64,000 bases of DNA from NCBI GenBank assembly GCA_964057225.1, contig OZ059899.1, positions 13,578,001 through 13,642,000 of the forward strand. The letters run 5' to 3'. Position 1 is the stretch's first letter. Each line of letters opens with the position of its first letter. Under the pieces are notes generated by a model that did no database searches, was not told where the DNA came from, and saw only the letters and a list, made by a program, of their open reading frames with translations. The translations under genes and the position numbers were made by a program. Source of the stretch: Auanema rhodensis. Lineage: Eukaryota > Animalia > Nematoda. Of this stretch, positions 24,501 to 37,800 are shown one piece after another.

Positions 24501-27500
24501 ACAGTCTACTGCCCAATGATTTCCTGTTTTTTCTTATCTATTTTCTTATGTGATCTTGAAAAAATCTAAGCCATGACAAGTATAAACGCTGTACTTTCTC
24601 TATTCGTCATACTTTGTGTTATCGGTTGTTGAGCCCTTTTGTCGTATTCGCTGTTTCTTCGCCTTTCTCGTTTCGCATCAGCCTTGAAAGATAATTTGCA
24701 TAACAAGCATGATTCTTTTTCGATTTCAAAAATTAACGCAAGAAAGCATCCGTTATAGAAGACGTTATCTAATTATTCTCTTTTGCTTCCCCAATATTAT
24801 ATCATTGATTAGTGTCTGGATAACTGATAAAAGTTGTAAAATCTCCACGACATTGTTTTGCTCACAGTTGCTATGTTGGGAATCTTCAAGTGCTACTGGA
24901 AAATGTTTCTCTATGAAATAAAGGCAACATAATCTGAAGTGCAATTCTCGCTGTCATGTCTTTGTCACATGTCTATAGTTGGAATCGTATTTCCGCAATA
25001 ATATTCACCGCATTTTCTACTTTGAGTTAGTTTGTCTTTATTTTTCTTTGAGACATTTCATAATAGTTTTGTTGTTGTATACATATATTGCTTATCAAAC
25101 TATCCACATGGTTGATAAACTCAATTTTCTAATTGACTCGTATTACTCTGTTCGGTTTTTTTGTTTTTGCTCATTGCATCTGCCAGCATGCTGTATATTG
25201 ACTACCACTTCTCCAGCATTCTTGTTTAGTTTTCTTAATTTCCTTCACACGCATACCCCTGAACATACTCATGCACACAAATACACACATCGAAGTTTAT
25301 TGTCTTTATTCTCTAGTTTGACTCATTATTTCCGAAAATAATTGAAAAGTCCTTTTAAAAACTTTATTTTGGACATTTTGTTATCTCGCTGTCCACGGTA
25401 TTATCTGGTTTCTCTCATTGATTGCACCGTTTACCTCGCATATTTATACTTTTCCATTTTTTTCAAATCTGCTTTTCCTTTTCTTCTGAATATTTTCTCT
25501 TCTTCCTTTGTTCTTTCCATTCTTTTCTCAGTAATTATAATAAAAGCCATTAGTTCTAATTGCCCAAGTCCTCCGGAGATCTCTATCAAAGTATAACTAA
25601 GCTAACTCATAATTCTAATACCGTTGAAGGCTAGAACAATCGAATGATTTTCTATAAAATTAAGAAAATTCTATATTTAACTTGAACTTCAGCGTCGAAT
25701 TCAAAATCTTCCTCTGTTTTCTTCTCGTTATTTGATATATAGTATGCAATAATTTCTTATTGAAATTTATAGAATGTAGTATACGTAAACTTTCGGATGG
25801 TTTCACTCGATTTTATTTCGATAATTCCCTATCATTTTATCCACTTTAACCATTTTTCACTCTCTTTCTCTCTCTTTTCTTATTCTTTTTTGATGAGATT
25901 TGAAATCAGCTGGTTTTGTTTTGACTTTATATTAGATGTCAACGTCATTTTACATGTGACTTTATCATTTTTTGTGTGCCCTGTTTCATCTTTCATAATT
26001 TTTAAGTGATATCCTTTTAGTGTTTTATTCTGTCTCTTTATTTCTATTATATGTCAATTGATGTATTAGCTTTTAACCCTTTCCGGCTGTATGATTCCCT
26101 AAATGTTTAAAAGAAACTCACAGCTTTGGTTTGCTTGTTGTAACACTTACGGTCTCTCTAAACAGTCTTTTGTCCTTGCATTGTTTTCAACCGTGTAAAG
26201 CTTTTTGCTTGTTAACTGCTTAATTTTATAAGGAGTCCATTGAATAATTGCAGTCATCATAGCAAAATATTTCTGATTGTCTTCTCATTTTGTCTGGAGA
26301 AACTAGAAGCCTTCCCGGAACACCCGGTTCATATTATTTTGCATTTTTAAAATGCTTGTGATGGAATTATATTATATTTCTGTCTTTTTCGCAATCATTC
26401 AGAACGTTTACACTTTTGTTCTCTTTTGTTCTAAGGATCAACATGAAACTTGTCTGAAACAGCTGTTTTCGTATTAATTCATCTTGTTAAATCACAAGTG
26501 CTTTTGCTCTGATAGTTAGTTTTGAAGAAAAATGCATTAGAATGTTAAGAAAATGCTGTGAATTTCATGAGCAATCTTAATTGCCCTCGTACCACGTTTT
26601 TCATTGTTGTTCTGCTTTTTTCTTTATGAAATTGTTATTTTTCTCAGTTCAACTGAAATATACAACGTGGTGGCTATAAGAACACGTTATGTATTATAGG
26701 ATGAAGTCTTGAAAAAAAAGTGAGACCCGAAATATTTGAATCTTTCATACCATTTAAAAAATTGATAAAAGGCGTCTAATTTGCTTGGAAACAACGACAA
26801 TCAAATATTTTTTGTCGAGATCATCAACATGATGTTCGTTCCTTAATATTGTTTGTTTTTTTCTTTATTGTAATCTATCGTACCATTTTTACACCTGCTG
26901 TCAGCTTGGTAACCATATGCGGAATTAATCGCCCCTTGCAACCTTATCAGTCTACTAATTGCTATGATGAACATACTTAATTTTGTCCAACATGTTCGCA
27001 TGCATTAAACAGTTTGAATCATATCCTTGACAATAATTTTAGTCAAAGAACTAATATGCTGATGCAGTTCAGTAGTTTTTTTTAATATTTTTTCATGTTT
27101 CTTGGTACTTGATATGGTCAAGTTGTCATTTTTTTTAAAAATAAAATGTAGTTTTTTAAAAAATGTCATTGTTTCCAGAGAACTTTGTACTTATTTCATC
27201 AACATTATATTTTTTGTTCATTGTTACTAACTTACACTGTTATTAGTTCTTTTTTTCTCTATAATCTGATTATACGATTAAAAGTCGCTTGAATTCGAGA
27301 ATTCTTTCGAATATTGATATTATATCTGAAGTAAAACATTTCCTAATATCAATAATACTATTCGTTATTTCCTTTCAATTTATATTTTATTATCTTTTTT
27401 ATAGTTATTTATCCTGCCTTTTTATTATTATGATTGATTTATTTTCAGTTTTCTTGAAGCCAACTAGAGGGGGAGGCAAATCGCAAATCAAATTTTAATT

Positions 27501-27549
27501 GTCAGCTAGTTGAACTCATATTACTTAATAATTGGCCCATATCTGGGAA

Positions 27550-30500
27550 ATGACAAACGCTATTGATGGGATCATTACACAGGTTTCCATCAGTCATGTT
27601 TTTCCTTGTCTAATCTGAATGCTTAGGTTCGCAAGGAAGATTCCGATGCAGCTAGCGGAGACTATACTAATGGAAAGGATGTTTTAGGTTAGTTTAGTTT
27701 TTGCCTTTTGGTCTGGGGTACGGGAAGTAAAATTATATATATGCTACGTATACGATGGACTTATTTGAAAACACTTCCAACATGATTTGTACCTGTGTTT
27801 TCTATTTTTTTGCAATTACAAGATCTCCGCAGATTGCAGATTTGTCGATTTCTTATTGCAACAAATTTTCTTTTGGTGATGTCCGGTCCTTCATGGATCT
27901 TGTGTTTGTCGAGTTGATCTAGTCTGATGAGTATCTGAACATCACCATCACCATCATCATCATCATCATTATATCTCTAACACATTCATATGTTCTTCTT
28001 TACCCAACATTCACATTCTTTCTTGATATTTGTCAAGACTCATGAGAATTTGCCCTCGATCCATAGTAAACAGGAGTCTAGGTAAAATTCTTAGGTCAAA
28101 TTTCTGTTATGATAATTGAAATGTTCCATAATTCTATTTATATGCTTATGCTGTTCTCATTTTCACCATCGTCAGTTATTAATTTGATGTTGTTGACTTG
28201 GAACTTGTCGTTTCTTTCACAAGTTTACCTTTTCTCTGAGAATTAGCTTATGCAAGGAATAGTTTGGAAGTCACAATCTACTAAAATGTGTCTGTATTAT
28301 GAGGACAACTACTCCATGTATTCACGCTTCTAAGAATAATCATGACTTAAATACATACATATATGTGCAGAAAGCAGATTAAGTTGAGAGTCATAGCATG
28401 CACTTCAGATTCTTGATCATCCCTTCTCAAAATACGTTGTTGAACACATCAACATCCGTTGTTTTCTTCAATGTAGATTTCTCTCATTCACATTTTGCTT
28501 TCTAATTATTCAAGGATTTATGTTTCAGACGTTTCGCAGCAATAAAAAAACAATGTCGTCCCCAGTGGAAAAAATGATTTATTATCTTTGTTTTTTTGTT
28601 CTGTTCACCACTCATAAGAAAATGTTAAAAGTTTGCTATCATATCATGTTAGTGTCCTCCAACTTTCACTTTCGTTTCAATTAGCTATGATTTGCACTGG
28701 TAATCCGGTTTTCTGTTCCCTGTATGGCCAGTAACAGGAATGCCATTATCCTCATCATTATCCTTAATATATCAACTAATTATTGAAAAACAACAAATCG
28801 CAGAGTAATAAGTGAACATATTGAGCTTGCGGCCACTTTCTTTCGCCTCGATTCCCAAATCCGGACAAAGCTAACGAATAGCTGGAAACACTTAGAACTT
28901 TGATTAGCGAAGTTTCGTGAAAGCAATACAATGGCGAACTTTTGCTCTTAGCGTTTAATCTGATGTTTCAAGCGCGCATGAGATGTTCAGCGCTTTCTTG
29001 ATTTCTTTCTGCTCATGTGTTCCAGTTTTTTGCAAATGCCTGTTTTACTATGTAATGTTCATCTCTTTTAATGTTTTTCAAGGGAGAATGTTTTGAACTC
29101 CAATCCCCCCATGATGTCAATTGAGGACTGGTAGGATAATTTCAATCGTAGAAAGCAATTTTGATGTCTTTTATTGTTTATTTTGTTGTTGCCAGTTGAG
29201 AATGCACGATTTTCAATTGTTAAATTTTGTCTTCTAAGTTTGAATCCAGTATTATTAAGCGTGCAATAACATTTTTTAATCATGATTTACTGCCGAGATG
29301 TCCATAAGAATTTATTTCTGATTTCTATATAGGTGAAAAATGAGAGCTAATCTTCTTAGTTTTTCTCCTTTGCTGTCAAATAAAGGCGTTTTTGGAGTGT
29401 GTTTCATCCGATTTTCGATCATTTTTCTAAAAGTGAGCTAAAGGTTAAAGGAATGTACATTGCCTACACATATTTGATCCAGACATCTATAGCCGTCTTG
29501 CACACACTCATGGAAGTGATTTGTATGCGCAAGTCTACCTAGCTGTATGTGAGTGTATGTCTTTATGTGTGCATTCTCGCTTTCTCTTCTCTGTCTCTTA
29601 TTTAATTTCCTTTTTTGATTTTTGTCCCTTTAAACTACTCGAGTCGTCAATAGTTAAGCTAAAAAAACTTTCATGTTGACTTCACCTTACGCTAGGTAAA
29701 CCAAATATTGAAGTTTTGGCAAGATGTCCCATATGTCTAGTCAACAACCCCTAGTTCAACTGAGCATTATTGTTGGCAGAATCGAAGTTGTTAACTTGAT
29801 TTCTATGCTTCTCTCTTACTTTTTATTCAGCTCTCTTCGACTTCCTTACTATTGCACTCGTCCGTTTTGCTCGCGAATAGTTCAGAGTGATATTGCTGAT
29901 TATGGCTTACATGCTTTTCTCTCTCAAAAGCTAAAGCTATTCAACTTTACTCTAGATAAAACTTGCATTAGGTGTTTAATTGAATTGTGAGTGTCAGCTC
30001 GGCAAATGTAAGCTGCGTAACAATGAGCACGATCAAATGAAAAGACATTCTATTCAGTTTCGTTCGCATTCTTTGACTCAGCAAAAAAATTGAAAGTTAT
30101 ATTTCATTTCTATTTCTGTTATTGCTTTGTTTCGTTTTTAGTCATACACCAATTTTAAAAAGAGACCGAAAATCAAATGTTTTCCTGTTTAACTTCGTTT
30201 TTGACACTTCGGACGAATATGAGTAAAATAAGGAAAATACTTTTGAGTTTACACGGGTGCTGCTGTTATTCAAAGAATATACGTTTTATATGTTTAGACT
30301 AAGGTTCATGAATTTTGTCCATTTTTCCAATGAAAGATTCATTGGATTTGGAATTTTTATTTTGTTTGTTTGTTTTTTTTTTCTGAAAATTCATTTTTTT
30401 TGATATATTTATTTGTGTATGTTTCTCCAGTTACCACTCCACACTATTTTTTGAAAAAACTTTATTGTATAACGTCATGCTCGATTCAATTTTTGGTGGT

Positions 30501-33500
30501 TGTTAAAGCGCTATATCTCAATATTTCCTGGATTTGATGGTGTAATTGCCGAAGAAAAATAGGCTTGGGCTGTCTTAGTCACTCAAATTCCATTAGCGAC
30601 TCTTTCTATATTCCTTTTCTTCTTTGTACGACTTGGTAAAAACGACAGTTCTTTTAAACTATTTCCCTTGATTCTCCGTGTTGATTCTGTCATCATCGTT
30701 GTGTAGTATTCTGTATTTTTCTAATCTAATGTTATCCTGCAATTTTATTCTTATGTTTGCCTTTCTTTTCATAAGTATAGTTGCAAATTGCACACAAAGG
30801 TGAAGATCTTTTACAATCAATATGAATGATTGAAAGCTATTTACTAGAATGTTATTCCAAGAGTGTTATGGTAAAGTTATTACTCTCGGCTATATGACGA
30901 CAACAATGATCACTAAATCCATCAAAAAGTCAATCATCCTTCGATTATGTGATGAAATTCCAAAAATAGATCTTCCTGTTACGTACAATATCTTTTTGGA
31001 TTATTTCCTTCAAAATATACTGTTCGTCAATGGACTTCGAACGTTGTTTGATTCAGAAAAAAGGATTTATCAAAAAAAGTTTCTGTAGTATTATTTGCCA
31101 GCATTATTACAAATGTTCTACGATTCATGTTCTTTTCTTGTCCTGTTTCTATTCCTACTAAGCTATCTCCTCACTTTCTACCCTTAAACCCATTTACGTG
31201 TCTGCAGTTACTGTAACAATTGAAACTATTGATGTAGAACTTGTCTAATACTCCACGTTTCCACCGGAGCTTAGCAAACCACCTAAATAATGCTGAAATC
31301 AAGCTGGACGAAGCCGTGTGCCTACTGACGACCAGTTGTATTGCGCGTGCTTCTGGTTGTTTTGTTTGCCAATTGCCGGATTATGTTCCGTATTTTCAGT
31401 CATTTTCTCTCTATTCTCTCTCACTTATTTCTTTTTTTCGAGTGAGGACCGTCGGCGTTTCTAAGTTACTATTCTAAACTTTTCTTCACTTTGATCGAAC
31501 GATTAGTGGATGAGCTTTTCCTTCGCCTCTTCAGAACTCAGCGCTTTAGCCATGTGTCATTGATTCCTTGAATGACCGATCATCGAGATTACATTTCTAA
31601 CTTTATGTAAAGCTCTATTTTTGAAATTATGAAATATGTTCTGCTGATTCGTTGACGAAATTTTCGATCTACTTAATGACTAATCTCAGCTTCATTCTTC
31701 TTTTAATTTCGATGTTGAGATTTAAAATATCTATTTGCCCTCATCCAAGGTTCAATGCTCTTCTGCCAACATACCAGCTCATACCTCGCGTGTCTTACAT
31801 TAGGAATATTTTTCTATGCTTTTCTTTTCTCCCTGTCATACGAGAGTCGCTAATATAGTTTGCTGTCCTTGGGGGCATTATATCTTCAGCTTCTCATGAA
31901 GCCTATTTATTTCACTGGAGCTTTATTGGTTTTTGTGAAAAAAATGGTTCGTTTACAACTCTCACTTTTTCCGTTTTCTTCTCATTTTCTTTTTTATTCA
32001 TAAATTAGGTTTCTCGTTACCATGAAGTAAAAAGCAAATCATGTTATAAAACTTCATGAAAATTTAATGCTATTCTCGAATCTCCATGTTCATATGCAAC
32101 TTCTTATATCCGTATGCTAGTTATTTTTAGTTTATCAGTTACTCCCGTTCAAATTTTAGAAATCGACAATTTGACTGATTAGTTAAAAGCTTTTTTTTGC
32201 TTTCAAATTACAACTTGGGCGAAATCCGTTGCTTTGCTTATTGTCATTGGCGTGATGTCTAATATTGTGCTACAATCCAATGCTATATCCAATTTTTTCT
32301 TAGAGTTCGTACTCAAATATAATGAAACGGCTTTCGGACGGAAATGCCTTCCATTTCATTCTTCTTCATATATTGACATTGAAACGTTTCCGTGCTTTTG
32401 TATTAAGCAATTATAGATTGAAACCTTTTTCATGGAGTCAAACCTTTCTTCTTCTGCTTGAAACAGAGAAGGTTCTTTTCTCTGATGACATTTGCTATCT
32501 TGTATCATACGCCTTTTTTTCAAAACTCCACTTTAATCTCTTCCGCCCTCTGTCATTAATAGGTTTATCTCCGAAATTCGGCTATTTGTTCGTTTTTTTC
32601 ATATTTTGCTCTTCTGTTCAATGTTCCTAAGCTTTTTTGGCTCAACAGAATATATGAGATTATTGGAAATTTGAACAGGACAGAAGCTATGCAAGCTTAT
32701 ACTTATCTTCTTAGCGGGAGCCATAATATATTAGCGGATTTACCCAACTTGCCCTTTTCTCTCATTTATTTTTGAATAAGTGTAGTAGGTGGATGAATAG
32801 ACGTCTTCTAATTTTCAAATCTTAATCACCAACTTGATCAATCTGATCGGAAAAATTCTTTCTTTCTGACATGTAAAGAACTATCGCTAACAATTGTGGC
32901 CCTTCTCTCATCAGTTGTTATATCATAGGTTTTCTAAATTCTTCTTTTCAAGCTCACAATCGTCAAACTCTACGATGACACCGCCTGTTAGTTTCTCTTT
33001 TCTGTCTGGAATCGCGATCCTTTATCTCAAGCCGAGTTGAAATCCAGCGAAAGGAAAAGAAAGAGAGCAGGGGAGAGAGAAAGAATCTGGCGGAGACGAG
33101 AAGTTCTTTAGCAAATGCGTATTTCTCTTGTTTTTTGTTCATTCCTATACCGCTCATTGCATTCTCCCTTCAAATTTAAATTTTATGAGTACATATAATA
33201 CTAATATGAATTTTCTTGGTTGATTTTTTCATTTTCTAATTCCTGTATTCATTTTTTTTTTCGTAGGAAAATGATCCATTCTCATATTTTTGTCATTCCC
33301 ATAATCAGCAGGATACGTTTATTTTGGAGGCTCTGAAGAACTAATGTTTTTGAAATTTCTGCTTTTAACTGTATATTCTTTAATTTCTCTTTAATGGCTT
33401 TCTTTCTATTTGGATGTTGCATGACATCGTCACATGCTTACCCAATGTTATATACGGAGAACAAATCAGTAACTGTTCTTTCTTCATTCGTTTTTTTTTT

Positions 33501-34810
33501 TGAATTTTCAGGTTTCATAGTTGCTGAAATAAATTTAAAAACAAAAATTATATTAATTCACATTTATCATTCTAATATAAAATTCTCCACGAAATTTCAT
33601 TAACATTGCCAGCTGATCTAGTTTCTTTTTTTTTGGTCGAAAAGTAAGTAGACTTTCTTATTTTTCTTTAATCATCTGGCTCTTCAAGCAGATGGTGTCG
33701 AAATGAGAATCATTTACTTGAGAATCCTCAACGTTTTATTTATTGTTCTAACTTTTATGAGTAAATGTCTTTTCGGCTATTTAAATTTCGGCTTCATCAG
33801 CCTTTTTCTGAATTTGCTCTTCTCTGGGGTAAAAATATCAAAGTCTATTCTCACTTTTTAGTTATTCAAAATGCTGTTATCTTTTCAAAACATCCCCTTT
33901 TGTAGAATTGGGAATAAATTTCAGCGTCAAAGACTCCGAAGAGTTGAAATCTGATGATAGTTCAAAAGTTGCTCACTGAAAATCATCACATCCTTTTTTT
34001 TTTTGAAATTTAATCCCTTGTTCGCTTGACAACTATGATTGTGTTAAGATAAAATGTAAAAGTGGCAGCCAAATTTGAATCTGAAGGCATAAGTCAAGAG
34101 TCCTTCTCTCTTCTTTTGCTTCTCCATATTCTATTTTGTCTTCTATAGAACAGCATCGTTGTTTTCCACCCTTCAGTTAGTTAGCTATGTGTTCTTCTCT
34201 TCGTTATGCAGACAGGCAGACACTCATATAGGCAAAAGCATACACAACGCCTTATCTATCCATATATCCTTTTTCTCCTTTTTTTTTTCAAAATTTGCAT
34301 AAAACATATTTTTTTATGGAAGTTCTACTTCAAATATTTTGCATGTTTCCTACTATCAACGGAGCTTTGATCAATGAGTGCGGGAGTACAGGAAACATTT
34401 TAATATGTAAAACCCGGAATAACTCCCAGTATTTGAATTCTCAATCCATCTCTTTACCTTTTACTTGTATGATTTTAAAAAATTACATAGACGTATATCA
34501 TATTTATGTAGGATATCAAACATCTCTACCCTTCCTCTCAACAACATTGACATCATTAATGCGCTTTACCAAACATTTGTTTTTCGTCACGTTCATTTTC
34601 AAATCTGCTGAAACATTGCAAATATGCGAAATGACACATTTTCTGTAATTTTTTGTCTCTTCAATTCAATCTCTAGGGATTGTGATATCTGAAAAAGTGT
34701 GCTTTCTCGATTATATATTCTTTTCTTCTCATATACGTAGAAATTGTGAGACAACATAGATGCTGGCATACACATACACATATACAAATATATAAATAAA
34801 TAAATAAAAA

Positions 34811-34854
<44 letters not shown>

Positions 34855-37800
34855 TGTAAGACTCACGAAGTGGCTTGTGTTGTTGTCATTTTCAACAACT
34901 TATTTTCAATTCATCTCCACGTATGAGCATGCCATAGATCGATGAGCCTTCAATTAACTTCAACCACGACCCTTTTCTACACTGAGTTCTCTTTCACATT
35001 CGTGCCGCTATCGAATACCTAGTCAAAAAAAATACAAATTTTTAATCATAACTGTTTGTCACACAACAGCTTTTCTGTTCATTCGGGTATCCGATTATTT
35101 TTTTCCTATATCGGGACTGGTTACCCAGTGAAAGGTGAATTTCATGGTAAAAAACATTCATAGTTCCGCAAATTACGTTCCTATGAGCCTGATGTGATCG
35201 TGAGGGTGGCTCCACCCTCAACGGCCGCATATTTTGTTTTTTGGCTCTCCGACGCCACCTCGGCAGCCCACTTTATCATCAGTTCAAAAAATGTTGTTTG
35301 TTACAATTTTCGTATCTTAAATATTTTACATTTCAAACCTTTTTAAACCTTCCAACTGTATGCTCATCAGTTTAATTTTATTCTTTCATTTGTTCCAAAT
35401 ATGGCGTCAAATCCGTTTCAATTATTTGAAATATGATGCAAGAACGTTTTCGGAAAAGAAACCTGAGATCTATTTTTTTTGTAATTATTTTGTAATTGCT
35501 CTGCACGAGTTTTTTTCTGATCTTTTCATTCTTTATATTAAACGCTTTTTTTGTATTGGACGAATTTTAAACTATGTTTTATTTATTACGAAAAAATGGA
35601 AAAAATACTTCAGTTGCCTTTTCAAACTTATTATTTTTTCACGTTTTGACCTAGTATATATAGCTTGAGCATTTGTTCGAATGATTCTATCCTATTCCGA
35701 GAACAAAATTGTTCATCATGTGACTAGTTTTGAATTGTTTGTTTCTCACCAGTGAGCTGGAACAGCTTCTGTTACTCATATTTCTGTCGTTAATGCCTAA
35801 ACCGTTCTCATTTCACATCGTCTGAGAAGCCTTCCTGAGTTTTTATTTATTTCGTCAACTTCGTTCAACATGTTCTTTTATTCGCTCTAAGGTTTTTTTT
35901 CTTTTCCAGTCAGAGCGCCTGGGATTATCTTGTACACAATCGTGTCTACGTGCTCCGTGGCCTGCCCCTCGACCTGACTTTTCTCCTGTTCTAAAGTCAG
36001 CCTCTTCTTTGAAATTTCTCTGTCGGCATAAAACAGGAATCCCACGTGGACCTGTCGACAGATATCAGAAGAAGAGAAAAAGTCGCGAGAAAGCTCACGC
36101 AGACTAGTTTTCTGCTCCCGGTTGTTTGTCTATTTGATAACCACAAGGAGTTGTTTCCGTCTCTGATTCAGCAAGTGGCAGACATTATAGAATAATTCAA
36201 AGGAGGTCCGAGAAGTTCTTGTATTCCGTTTTCCGCAGTTCTTTTTGAAGTCGTTATTATGACCTATGTAGCTGATGATCGACGTCGTCATGTTGTAGCA
36301 TCAAAACAGATGCAGCCGGCAAACCAACATCGTAGTCCGCTGGGACCACGCAACAGCCTTGATTACTGGCAAAAGGGTGAGGATCACCAATCTGGAGTCA
36401 CCTACTACTGGTCTAATCAACAATCGTCTGGATCTGGACGAAACATTCGTACTACTACTACTACAGGAAATGCTTCAGGATTAGAGAATATATATGCTCA
36501 AAACTCTGCAGCTTCTCAACAACTGAGGAGACCAGCTCCTTTCCCATTAACTCTTCCACCAACTGTGCAATCTTCCTACGGAAATGGTTCAGTAGTGAAT
36601 CCTATACCCATTTACAAGAATGGTCCCTTAACTATGCCGCGTGCTCGTCTTGTAAGTGCAAAGACGGAACAGCTTGCTAATGGAAGCACTTCTTCTGCTG
36701 CTAGTTCTTCTTCTTCTAATAGCTCCAGCCCGAATAGTAACAACAAAACGACATACGCCCGTGTGAATGGAACTGTCCGTGATAGTCCTATCTTCTCCGC
36801 CTCTCGAGAAACAGCAAATGATCTTATTTGGTCAGTTCCTCAAGCTTCAGCTCCAGCAACGACTTCTCCTTACGACAGTGTATATCGTAGTCACCCACTT
36901 ATTGTTGGCCCAGAATACGGCAGCCAGCCTGTATGCAGTGGAACGAATCTTTTAAACATTCCAATTGGAGCACCTGCTGTTGCAAATAAAAAACGTAAGT
37001 AATCAACGAGTTTTTTGAAGCTTCAAGAATATCCGTTAGCATCATGTTCAAATTCTTGGTATTATGTATGTCACTTGAGTACATTTGAACGTTTTATGAC
37101 TATAAGAAGCACATGGGATGTTCTGGAAAAGATGAAGACGTTTGACTGGCAAAACAGCTGCTTTTATTCGTCTAATCTTTGCTTCTTTTAGGAATTTTAA
37201 GAGAGAATCATGTTAAATGCTGCCAATTGAGCAGAATAAAAATATTTTTAACCCTTATATCAACGTTGACATTTCTGTCAGAGTTGAAGTGATTAAAGTA
37301 CATGTGCTTCAGAATAGCTTGGATTACGGGAGGGGCAAATACTATAACAATATTTTTAAGCTATTTCATCACATTTTGTTTTCAGGTGACAAGCAAAGAA
37401 ATGGAAGACAAAAGCCACGATGGGGTAGATTTATGCAGACGCTATGTTGTTGTGTATCTCCGCAACAGGAAATCGGTAGGCTTTATTATATTTCAAATTT
37501 TGTAATTGTTTTTAACCATCTTAAAATCCCAGAATTTTATAATTGAATTAAATGAGCTTCTACCTAGCTTAAAATAATTTTAACAAAACAGTTTTTCAAA
37601 GGTTGACAATGATTATCAGGCTAAAGCTATTTTAATTTTTGTCAATCAATTTTAATAGTTCTCTTCAGTTATTGACAGTTTTTTTTACAATTGTGTGCGA
37701 ACCGCTTCTGTTTCATGACGGTTTCATTCCATCTAATATTTGCTACGGCACTTTGATATATATTTATTCGGTATTCTCAGCTTTTTTAGCTTTTTATTCA

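Noticed and set aside
13000-35900. Numerous 60-130 aa F/L/I/S-rich ORFs
   Set aside because: Expected from T-rich intronic DNA; no splice-consistent chains or recognisable motifs.
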